Assembly: GCF_030915445.1 (NCBI RefSeq)
Contig: NZ_CP133264.1
Span: 3,357,208 to 3,381,207, forward strand
Direction: 5' to 3'
DNA from: Clostridium sp. OS1-26
GTDB lineage: Bacteria; Bacillota; Clostridia; Clostridiales; Clostridiaceae
Length of the DNA: 24,000 nucleotides
Shown: positions 8,674 to 16,375 of the stretch, piece after piece
Position numbering within the stretch: position 1 is the first letter of the stretch
Layout of the letters: every line of letters starts with the position of its first letter
Notes under the pieces: model-generated
What the model saw: only the letters and a program-made list of their open reading frames with translations
Told to the model about the DNA's origin: nothing
Database searches by the model: none
Made by a program: the position numbers and the translations under genes

Positions 8674-9915
8674 TTAATAAACTACAAGTTTTCCTTGTTT
8701 TATTAATTTATTTCTATATAAAACATTAACTACAGCAATAAATACTGATCCAACTACTAAACCTAATATATATGGTCCTATATTTGATATTAAAGGCCAT
8801 GCCCATATTGCTGATTCTGGGAACCACTGTACTGCACCTAAGCCTACGCCTGTAAGTGCACCTATAACTGAACCTACAACATAAAGAGGTATAGTAAAGG
8901 ATGGTCTTTCTAAGGCAAAAGGTATTGAGCCTTCTGATATTCCCATGAAAGCTAGGAAAATTGCAGTTTTGCCTGCTTGATAAAATTGTTTGTCATAAAC
9001 TCTTCTACCAACTAATTTCTGATCGATTAATGTACTTAAGCCTAAGCCAATAGATGGAATAACTACAGCTAAACATCTAGAAGTAATTGGAAGTACTTTC
9101 TCTGTAGTAAAGCCTAAGGCTACAAAGCCTGCTGCTTTATTCACTGGTCCACCTAAGTCAAAGGCAGTTGCAGCAGATAAAACTAAAGCATAGACAAATT
9201 GGCCGCCGCTTCCTGCTGCCTGTAATCCAATTTTAATTTCTTCATTTATCCATCCACCAAAAGGAGTTATGATAAATACCATTAAAATCATACAGAATAG
9301 TGCTGATAAAAGTGGAATTAAAAATGTAGTTTTAAATGCTAGCCAGTTATGTGGCAATTGAATCTTTTTATTTAACCATTTAACAAAATATCCAACAATA
9401 AATGCGATTAGAATAGCGCCTAAAAATCCTGATTGTACTGGTGCCTTAGCTGCCCATTTCCCGTCTACTAAAGTTAATACTGCTACTGGTTTAGTTGCAA
9501 CATAACCTCCTATAAAGCCTGCTGCTAAAGCTGTTTTTCCTCCTATGGAATTAGCAGTAAAAGCTGCAAACATAGGAATGGCAAAACCGAATAGTGTAAA
9601 TCCAAAGCTCTCCATAATGTGAGCAAGATTTAATAAAGAGAAACTAATGCCTGTAAATTTTCCAGAATTAATTGCGTCAACTATTGAAACCGAAGGGTCT
9701 AACTTAAACATTACATAAGGAATAATCTGCGAAATTGCACCTATTAGTCCTCCCATTATTAGTATAGGTATCATATGTGAAATACCTGTCATTATGTGTT
9801 TACTAATTTCTGTCCATTTTGAATTACTTTTTTGTTCTTCCTGTGGAGTGCTTGTACTGCTATTTACATTAGTTCCATTTGTACCGCCACCAATTACTTT
9901 CTTTTTAACAACCAT
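8674..9915 (-). CDS. PTS fructose-family EIIC component
   Basis: 413 aa and polytopic. After an Asn/Ser/Thr-rich N-terminal tail come HIMTGISHMIPILIMGGL, GGPVNKAA and ISEGSIPFA, typical of FruA-type IIC. RBS GGGAGGG. Confidence 0.85.
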   Translation of the reverse strand: MVVKKKVIGGGTNGTNVNSSTSTPQEEQKSNSKWTEISKHIMTGISHMIPILIMGGLIGAISQIIPYVMFKLDPSVSIVDAINSGKFTGISFSLLNLAHIMESFGFTLFGFAIPMFAAFTANSIGGKTALAAGFIGGYVATKPVAVLTLVDGKWAAKAPVQSGFLGAILIAFIVGYFVKWLNKKIQLPHNWLAFKTTFLIPLLSALFCMILMVFIITPFGGWINEEIKIGLQAAGSGGQFVYALVLSAATAFDLGGPVNKAAGFVALGFTTEKVLPITSRCLAVVIPSIGLGLSTLIDQKLVGRRVYDKQFYQAGKTAIFLAFMGISEGSIPFALERPSFTIPLYVVGSVIGALTGVGLGAVQWFPESAIWAWPLISNIGPYILGLVVGSVFIAVVNVLYRNKLIKQGKLVVY

Positions 9916-9951
9916 AATAAACCCTCCCTCACAAGTATATTTAATCTTTTA

Positions 9952-10269
9952 TTATTCTCCTAAATCCTCTTCTATTTCTTTAATAGTACCTTTAGGATCT
10001 TTTATAACTTCTTGTAGTCCAACTTCATAGATTTCATAACCTTCAAATCTTTCCATTCCTTCTGGTGTAACTGCAATGGCATGAAGTATTATATGTGCTT
10101 CCTGTATATCCTTTCTAGTTAATTCATTCTGAATACCATCGGCACCTTGAGTTTCAACCTTAACTTCATATCCAAGCTCTCTAGCTGCCTTTGCAATTGC
10201 TTCAGCTGCCATAAAGGTATGAGCTAATCCCATTGGACACGCACATAATGCTACTAATTTTTTTGCCAT
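9952..10269 (-). CDS. PTS fructose-family EIIB component
   Basis: 105 aa with the active-site Cys context LVALCACPMGLAHTFMAAEAI. RBS GGAGGA. Confidence 0.85.
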   Translation of the reverse strand: MAKKLVALCACPMGLAHTFMAAEAIAKAARELGYEVKVETQGADGIQNELTRKDIQEAHIILHAIAVTPEGMERFEGYEIYEVGLQEVIKDPKGTIKEIEEDLGE

Positions 10270-10290
10270 AAATAATTCCTCCTCTTATTT

Positions 10291-10749
10291 TTATATGTTT
10301 TTAAAAGCACTCTCAACTAATTGAAAAATTTCTTCTTGATCATTACTAGTTAGTAATTTATTTTTAAAATCTTCATCAATTAGTTTTCTTGAAAGACTTG
10401 AGAGTAACTTTATATGCGTTGTTCCAGCTTGCTCCTTTGGAGTAAGAAAAGTGATTATTAAATTTACTCCGCCACATTCTTTTCCCCATTCTATATCCTT
10501 TACTGTTTTTAACACTAAAACTGCAGGGTTGATTACAACATCTGATTTTGTATGAGGAATGGCTATTTTATCACCTAAGCCAGTTTCAAATTCCTTTTCT
10601 CTTTCCAATAAGCCTGAATATACTCCTTCAGAATCTTTTGATATACCTAATTCTGTAGAAAGATCTGCTATATATTTCAAAAGCTTATCTTTATGATCAA
10701 AATCTACATTCAGTTTTATATGTTCTCTGTTAAATATGTCCTTTACCAT
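10291..10749 (-). CDS. PTS EIIA component (fructose/mannitol EIIA-2 family)
   Basis: 152 aa with the phosphorylatable His context GDKIAIPHTKS. RBS GGAGGA. It starts 15 nt after the regulator's stop. Confidence 0.85.
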   Translation of the reverse strand: MVKDIFNREHIKLNVDFDHKDKLLKYIADLSTELGISKDSEGVYSGLLEREKEFETGLGDKIAIPHTKSDVVINPAVLVLKTVKDIEWGKECGGVNLIITFLTPKEQAGTTHIKLLSSLSRKLIDEDFKNKLLTSNDQEEIFQLVESAFKNI

Positions 10750-10764
10750 GTGTTAGTTCCTCCT

Positions 10765-12667
10765 CTATTTCACGTCTAAAAATTTCATTAATTTTTTAAA
10801 GTCACAGAATTTTATTACTCCTTTAACACCGCCTTCATCTTCTATAAAGTTATATAAATATTTAAACACTGGAAAGTTGTGCTGTTCGCTAGCATTAAAA
10901 CAAACCATAAAAACAAGTTGAACCTGTTCTTTCTTCCATAGTATTGGTTCTTCTAATATTCCAACGCCTATAATAGACTTATAATTTCCTCCAATAATTG
11001 TGTGAGGTATTGCAACTAAATGTCCTATATCTGTAGAAGACATGTTCTCTCTTTCTAAAACATTTTCTATTATTTCATCATCTATAAATCCACATTGCTT
11101 CATGTTTTGTCCTAATTTTTTTATAGCGTCTTCTCGGGACTTAGCTTTAATTTTATAAAAAGCCTTTTCATTAAACATGTCATCAAGAACTTTTTTTCGC
11201 TGCTCGCCTTCTGTGAAAGCTTCATGAATTTTATTTACTATTTGATCTGAAAATACATTTTCTACATAAATAATTGGTACCTTGCTGCTCTTTTTATCAA
11301 GTTCGATAGTTGAAACTATAAAATCAATATTTTTATTTACAGCTATATCAAGATATCTTACTGGATAAACGCCAACTATTTCTACATCACTCATTCTTTG
11401 TTTAATTTTTTCAGATAGAAGCTGTGCAGTACCTATTCCATGATGGCATATTATACAGATTTTCTTTCCACCTTTTCCTTTTAGCCTTTCAGAAGCCGCT
11501 CCAAAATGCATTGTAATAAATCCAATTTCGTCTTCGTCTAAAAACACATTAAACTTTTTCTGCATTTTATTTGCTAAGAAGGTGGCTAAGTTTGTTTCAA
11601 TAGGAAAATTAGTTTTAATTTGTTTGAGCAGGGGATTCTTTGAGTTAACACCAGCTCTTATCCTATTGATAAGTATCTTTAGATGCATAGACAATGCATT
11701 AATAAATTCTACATCCTTAGTAAAATCATTTCCCTGATATCAAGGATATTTCTTCTAGCGATTCTTTTAAAAATGATTTAATTTCTTCTGCCATGTTTTC
11801 ATTAAACTGTTTTGACATATTATAGTTGTATATGATTACCCCTGAATAATTTGATACATATAATATCTCTCTTTCATCAAAGGTAATCTTTAATTTGTCA
11901 AAGAGCTCACTCATTATTTTATAAATTAGCTTATAGTTATGAAGTCTATATACATCCTGAAATAAATCATTTTTTAGTACATTACCATTCTTTGCTCTAG
12001 ATATAGAAACAATAATCCTTGTCATCAAAATATTAAAGTCATTGTCTGAGATAACAACATTATTTTCCTTTAGGTATTTTGAAATGGTGTCTTCTATAAT
12101 TTTTAATTCTTTAGAAGGTATATTTTCTAGCTTAACTTTTATATTTTCTTTTTCATCCATCTTTATAGCAGTATCTAAAATTAGATATCTTATATTAAGT
12201 TCATCTCCAACTATCTTGCTGCCATGATATGGTTTAGAAATTATCCTTAAGTCATATTTTTTTAGCAACTCTTTTATATTAGTAATGAGTTTATTGGTGC
12301 TTGGTATGCTTAAATTTAATTCATCTGCTAGTCTTTGAGCATTAATATATTCTTTATTAAGCATTATACATATGGCTGCATTAATTCTTCCTTCAGTAGA
12401 ATCGTCTATTTCCAGACCTTTAATTTGTCTTTCAGCTTTTTCAACAATTTTACTTATTCCTTTAGATGAGCCAGATAGTTTGTAGCCTACACCTTTAATT
12501 GAAGAAATTTCTACTCCATAATCTTTAAATAGATAATTTAAATCTTTAATATACCTTTTAATTGTTCTTGTTGATACTTCTAATTTCTTTCCAAGTTCTA
12601 GAGCAGTAACGTATTCATCTTTTTCACTAAGAAATCTTACAAGCATAGAATGCTTTCTTGTTATCAC
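10765..12667 (-). pseudogene. PRD-domain transcriptional activator (MtlR/LicR/ManR type: HTH, Mga-like, PRD, PRD, EIIB-like, EIIA-like) split by a 1-nt frameshift
   Basis: ORF 11726..12667 carries the HTH (LELGKKLEVSTRTIKRYIKDL) and the first PRD. ORF 10765..11694 carries the PRD2 His (ITMHFGAA), the EIIB-like Cys (CIICHHGIGTAQ) and the EIIA-like His (VAIPHT). The two frames join seamlessly at TCAGGGAAATGA (about 11726-11733) if one base is removed, giving about 633 aa. Start is a GTG at 12667 preceded by GGTGGTGA. Confidence 0.8.
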
Positions 12668-12689
12668 TTAATCACCACCCTATAAACAC

Positions 12690-12748
12690 ATTGTAATCCT
12701 AATCAATAAATATGTATTTATAGTTTATGTCACCTTAAGTGACATAAA
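12690..12748 (-). promoter_or_regulatory. Candidate activator-dependent promoter of the PTS operon: 10-bp inverted repeat plus -10 box
   Basis: Perfect inverted repeat TTTATGTCAC-cttaa-GTGACATAAA (12724-12748). On the minus strand TACAAT (12690-12695) lies 28 nt downstream of it, with a poor -35. That places the repeat at roughly -41 to -65. Confidence 0.35.
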
Positions 12749-12758
12749 CTTTAGCTAT

Positions 12759-12799
12759 AGGTTTCAAAGCCAGAAAGCTAACTTTCTAGTTTGAAACCT
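12759..12799 (-). terminator. Stem-loop immediately downstream of the second M20 dipeptidase gene
   Basis: Minus strand: AGGTTTCAAACTAGAAAG-ttag-CTTTCTGGCTTTGAAACCT, that is 10 bp, an internal loop, then 6 bp. It starts 7 nt after the TAG stop. The tail is ATAGCTAAAGTTTATG with no clean U-run, so termination efficiency is uncertain. Confidence 0.45.
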
Positions 12800-12806
12800 C
12801 ATGCTT

Positions 12807-14186
12807 CTACAGGTTAGACAGCTCATATAAGGCTTCCGCATATATTCCAATGGCTTTAATAAAAGCATTTATACTTCCAAACTCATTTTTTTCATGGGTG
12901 TTGCCTGAGCTGTTATCAGGAAACTCACAGCCAAATATTACTGAATCGCTCATTTCACTGGCATAAGTTCCTGCACTGGTTACCCTTACTTTATTTGATA
13001 GATCTCCTGTATGTTTAACGTATATGTCATATAGTTTTTTAACTAGATTTGAATCACTAGAAATATAATTTGGATTTTTTATGTTTTGGCCATCTAGTTT
13101 ATATTCATTAATTCTATTTTTAGCAAAATAATTAGAAATAGTCTTTAATATTTCTTCAAAGCTTATATTTTCAGGGTATCTTACACTTAAAGTAAGCTGT
13201 AAAACTCCATTTTTTATCTCTATAATAGTCGGAACAAGCATCAACCTTCCACATTTTCCTTCTCTATCTAAACCATACAATTGCCCATTCAAATTGTGCT
13301 GCCCAATTAGGTCCCGTAAGGTTAAAATCCATTTTTCATTTAAACATTGAGATAAAAGTTTAAATGATTTTTCTATAGGATTTACAGCCTTTTCTGGTTT
13401 GGAGGAATGACCACCTTTTCCGTTGACTTTAAGTACTCTACTTTCATTTTCTGCAGTTTCCACGAATTCTATATTTTCTTCCTTCGAGAAGCTATCTAAT
13501 AAAGAATTATTTGGGAAAGATTTTAAATTTTTAATAAGTACGCTGTATGGAATTGTATTATGGGCGTCTCCGCTAGTTATTTGGATGTTATTATTTTCTA
13601 TAATGCCAGTAATTTTTATTATTCCGCCACCTTTTTCTCCATGAATAACAGGAAACTTAGCGTCAGGAGTAAATCCATAGGTAGGCTTAGGCTCTTTACT
13701 AAAGTAATGCCTTATACATCTAAATCCACTTTCTTCATTTCCGCCTGCTACTATTCTTATTTTTCTATTTATTTTTAAGTCATTTTCTCTAATTAATTTC
13801 AAGGCTAAATAAGTTGCTATTAAAGGACCTTTATCATCAACTACACCTCTTCCGAAGATTTGATCTCTCTTTATTTCTAATTTAAAAGGGTCACTTGACC
13901 ATCCTTCTCCAGCAGGAACTACATCACCATGCCCAAAAACATATACAATTTCATTGCCTTCGCCATATTCAATATGAGTTGCAAAACCATCTACATTTTT
14001 CGTTATAAATTTATCTTTAGTTCCTAAGTCTTCAAACCAATCTAAAGCATTTTTTACCTGATTCCCAAAAGGGGCCGTAGGGGAAACTGTATCATTATCA
14101 AATACAGAAGGTATTTGAATCCATTCTTTTAAAAGTTCTAAAAACTCCTCTCTATATTTTTCAGCTTCTTGCGCAAAATTTATCAT
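12807..14186 (-). CDS. M20A-family dipeptidase (PepV/Sapep-like), paralogue of the gene at 1..1268
   Basis: 459 aa with VFGHGDVVPAGEGWSSDPF, GRGVVDDKGP, AGGNEESG and the C-terminal GNTHEKNE. RBS AAGGAGAG. Confidence 0.85.
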   Translation of the reverse strand: MINFAQEAEKYREEFLELLKEWIQIPSVFDNDTVSPTAPFGNQVKNALDWFEDLGTKDKFITKNVDGFATHIEYGEGNEIVYVFGHGDVVPAGEGWSSDPFKLEIKRDQIFGRGVVDDKGPLIATYLALKLIRENDLKINRKIRIVAGGNEESGFRCIRHYFSKEPKPTYGFTPDAKFPVIHGEKGGGIIKITGIIENNNIQITSGDAHNTIPYSVLIKNLKSFPNNSLLDSFSKEENIEFVETAENESRVLKVNGKGGHSSKPEKAVNPIEKSFKLLSQCLNEKWILTLRDLIGQHNLNGQLYGLDREGKCGRLMLVPTIIEIKNGVLQLTLSVRYPENISFEEILKTISNYFAKNRINEYKLDGQNIKNPNYISSDSNLVKKLYDIYVKHTGDLSNKVRVTSAGTYASEMSDSVIFGCEFPDNSSGNTHEKNEFGSINAFIKAIGIYAEALYELSNL

Positions 14187-14403
14187 TGATACTCTCTCCT
14201 TTAATTTGTTTATTAAAATGGGAAGTTTTTATAAACATGTTAGCATAATTATAAAATTAAGCCAAAGTTTTATTAATTTCGACTTAAATTTAAGAAATTT
14301 ATAATGAATCAACGAATTTGATTTTGGCTTGAAGCAAAATTAGTTTTAATTTATCACTATAGAGTATAATAAAGTTGGAAACTTGTAATATATACAATAT
14401 CAA

Positions 14404-15189
14404 GTGAATGAGGTGTTATATTTGAATTCAGATGAAATGTCAACAAGAAGGATAGCCAAAAGAGGGGTTGACCCTCAAGATGATAGATGGTTTTCAAAGG
14501 AAGCGGTTTTAAAACTACAGAAGGCGCAGGAAGAAGTAGAGTGGCTTCTTAATAGAGGTTATAAAATAAATGGAATTATGGATTTAGTCGGTGGAAGTTA
14601 TCAATTTTCAGCACGTCAGCGTCAAGCGTTAAAGCGTTCAACAAGTACCAAAGATGATTATGGGAAGAGAAAGAAAAGATTGCTCCCGTATTCCTCAGCA
14701 AAAGATGGAACCATTTATATTGATGGATTTAATTTAATTATAACCCTTGAAGTTGCTCTTTCTGGAGGAGTTTTAATACTTGGCAATGACGGTGTTGTTA
14801 GAGATATTGCAGGCTTACAGGGAAGTTACAGAATTATTGATAAAACAGATAAAGCACTAGAGCTTATTGGAAAGAGCTTTGGCGAGCTTAAAGTACATCA
14901 TGCCAAGTTTTTTCTTGATGCTCCTGTCTCGAATTCAGGAAGGCTTAGAGAAAAGATATTGAAGCACTCTTTAAATTGGAATTTTTCTACTGAAGTTGAG
15001 TTAGTGCCTAATGCTGACCCTATCTTGTGGGAATTAGAGAGAACTGTAACGGGAGACTCTGTAATACTTGATAACTGCCCAAGTTGGTTTAATATGTCAA
15101 GGAAGATTATAGAGGATTACATAGAAGCTGCAAACCTAGTGGATTTAAGTGGCGAAAATAAAAATCAAGTAAGGTACTCCCAAAATTAG
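14404..15189 (+). CDS. DUF434-like protein with a C-terminal PIN/NYN-like (YacP-like) putative nuclease domain
   Basis: 261-aa ORF. The N-terminal part (DDRWFSKEAVLKLQKAQEEVEWLLNRGY...FSARQRQALKRS) looks like DUF434. The C-terminal part has Asp-centred motifs spaced like a NYN/PIN fold (IYIDGFNLII, FFLDAPVSNSG, TGDSVILDN). The start is ambiguous: GTG 14404, TTG 14422 (preceded by GAGGTG at 6 nt, my preference) or ATG 14437. Confidence 0.55.
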   Translation: MNEVLYLNSDEMSTRRIAKRGVDPQDDRWFSKEAVLKLQKAQEEVEWLLNRGYKINGIMDLVGGSYQFSARQRQALKRSTSTKDDYGKRKKRLLPYSSAKDGTIYIDGFNLIITLEVALSGGVLILGNDGVVRDIAGLQGSYRIIDKTDKALELIGKSFGELKVHHAKFFLDAPVSNSGRLREKILKHSLNWNFSTEVELVPNADPILWELERTVTGDSVILDNCPSWFNMSRKIIEDYIEAANLVDLSGENKNQVRYSQN

Positions 15190-15507
15190 GGGTACCTTGT
15201 AATAGCGGTAACTATCATAATCATACCAAACATTCTCTGTTAGTTTAGCCCATCTAATTTAAGCCAATATTTCAAATTGGTCTTCATGCATATTTTGAAG
15301 CAATATTGGAATATTTGTTTAAATTAGGAAGGTTTATTTAGAATTTTGTAGAATATTAATATTAAGATAATATAATTTCTGACTTAAAGAGAGGAAGCTT
15401 AAAAGTTAAAGTGTTAAAAAGTACTATGTTCCCTGATGAAATTTTCTCGGATATAGAAAACAGAATTACAGAAAGTTAAAGGATATTTTAAATTTGGAGT
15501 GATAATA

Positions 15508-15939
15508 ATGAAAATAGAAAATATTGAATTAGCATATACGAAAATATTGTACGTATTTAAAAATAAAATTATAAATTATCTTAAAACACTAGATGCAGCA
15601 CAAATAGATGAAGTTTTAAAAAATAGAGATTGTGAGATTTTTTCAACACAGTGGACTCGAGTTTATAATGAAGTAAGTAAAATCAAACAAAAGGAGAACT
15701 TAACAGAAATATATAGGAAGCATGATGAAAAATTAAGAAGAAACATATTTTTAGAAGTATATAATATTACTTTATCGGAGGATATGGCATCATATGTTTC
15801 CGACGACTTTGGATTAATATTAGATAGTCTTGCATTTGAGTATAAAGATAACTGGATAAGCTCCCTATGGAGTCAATATATTCGTGGGAAAATGCCTCAA
15901 GGGGAATTGATACCAACAGATAGAACAATAGAATTGTAA
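15508..15939 (+). CDS. Hypothetical protein (orphan, predicted all-helical, no motif recognised)
   Basis: The open frame is 15499..15939. I prefer the ATG at 15508, which follows GGAGTG. There is no TM segment and no catalytic motif. It is separated from the upstream gene by about 320 bp of non-coding DNA. Confidence 0.5.
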   Translation: MKIENIELAYTKILYVFKNKIINYLKTLDAAQIDEVLKNRDCEIFSTQWTRVYNEVSKIKQKENLTEIYRKHDEKLRRNIFLEVYNITLSEDMASYVSDDFGLILDSLAFEYKDNWISSLWSQYIRGKMPQGELIPTDRTIEL

Positions 15940-16035
15940 TTTTAAGAATAATTCATTTAACATCTGAAGATTAGGAGATAACGTATGGTATCTTTTAATA
16001 AATCATTGAATAAAGCTGTAACTAAGTAAAGGATG

Positions 16036-16078
16036 AAAAATGGAGAGGCTTCTAAATTATTTAGCCTCTCCATTTTGC
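16036..16078. terminator. Bidirectional intrinsic terminator
   Basis: AAAAATGGAGAGGCT-tctaaattattt-AGCCTCTCCATTTTG. The 12-bp GC-containing stem is perfect, with an A-run and T-run flanking it. It lies between convergent genes ending at 15939 (+) and 16088 (-). Confidence 0.85.
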
Positions 16079-16087
16079 GTTATTGGT

Positions 16088-16375
16088 CTAAACTATTTCT
16101 TTCGTATCAATATCTTGTTTAGTGTTACTGCAGCAACTTTTTTCTTTCTTGCCGCTCATCATTGTAAAAATCATAGTAACCATCATTATCGGACATAAAA
16201 ATGGCACTATTTTTCTAATGAAGCTGCCTGCACTAGGACTAAACCTTGTTATAAGTGGTAAAAATCCTACAATAAGTATAGGTAGCCCACAACATAAAAT
16301 CATGTGCAGCATATGTTTTAATGGACTATGTTTATGATCTTTGTGATTTTCTTTGTTGTTCCCGTGACAGTTCAC
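16088..16375 (-). CDS. Small His/Cys-rich membrane protein (DUF2933-like)
   Basis: 95 aa. The N-terminal tail is His-rich (CHGNNKENHKDHKHSPLKHMLHM) and runs into a TM helix with a CC pair (ILCCGLPILIVGF). A second TM helix follows, then a C-terminal CC (KEKSCCSN). GTG start with a strong RBS, GGGAGGAAAG. Confidence 0.6.
   Translation of the reverse strand: MNCHGNNKENHKDHKHSPLKHMLHMILCCGLPILIVGFLPLITRFSPSAGSFIRKIVPFLCPIMMVTMIFTMMSGKKEKSCCSNTKQDIDTKEIV

Noticed and set aside
10765-12667. Treating 10765..11694 and 11726..12667 as two independent genes.
   Set aside because: The domain order (HTH, PRD | PRD, EIIB-like, EIIA-like) is that of one protein family. The downstream ORF starts with TTG, lacks an RBS, and its frame is open back through conserved PRD sequence (NDFTKDVEFINALS). 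It is one gene with a frameshift.
12689-12702. cre-like (CcpA) site TGTAATCCTAATCA upstream of the PTS regulator.
   Set aside because: It lacks the central CG and has a second mismatch to TGWAANCGNTNWCA, so it is not good enough to call.
15171-15198. Hairpin AAGGTACTCCC-aaaatta-GGGGTACCTT overlapping the stop codon of the DUF434-like gene, as a terminator.
   Set aside because: The stem needs a G-U pair and a bulge, and GTAATAGCGG follows rather than a U-tract. It may fold, but I cannot support a terminator call.
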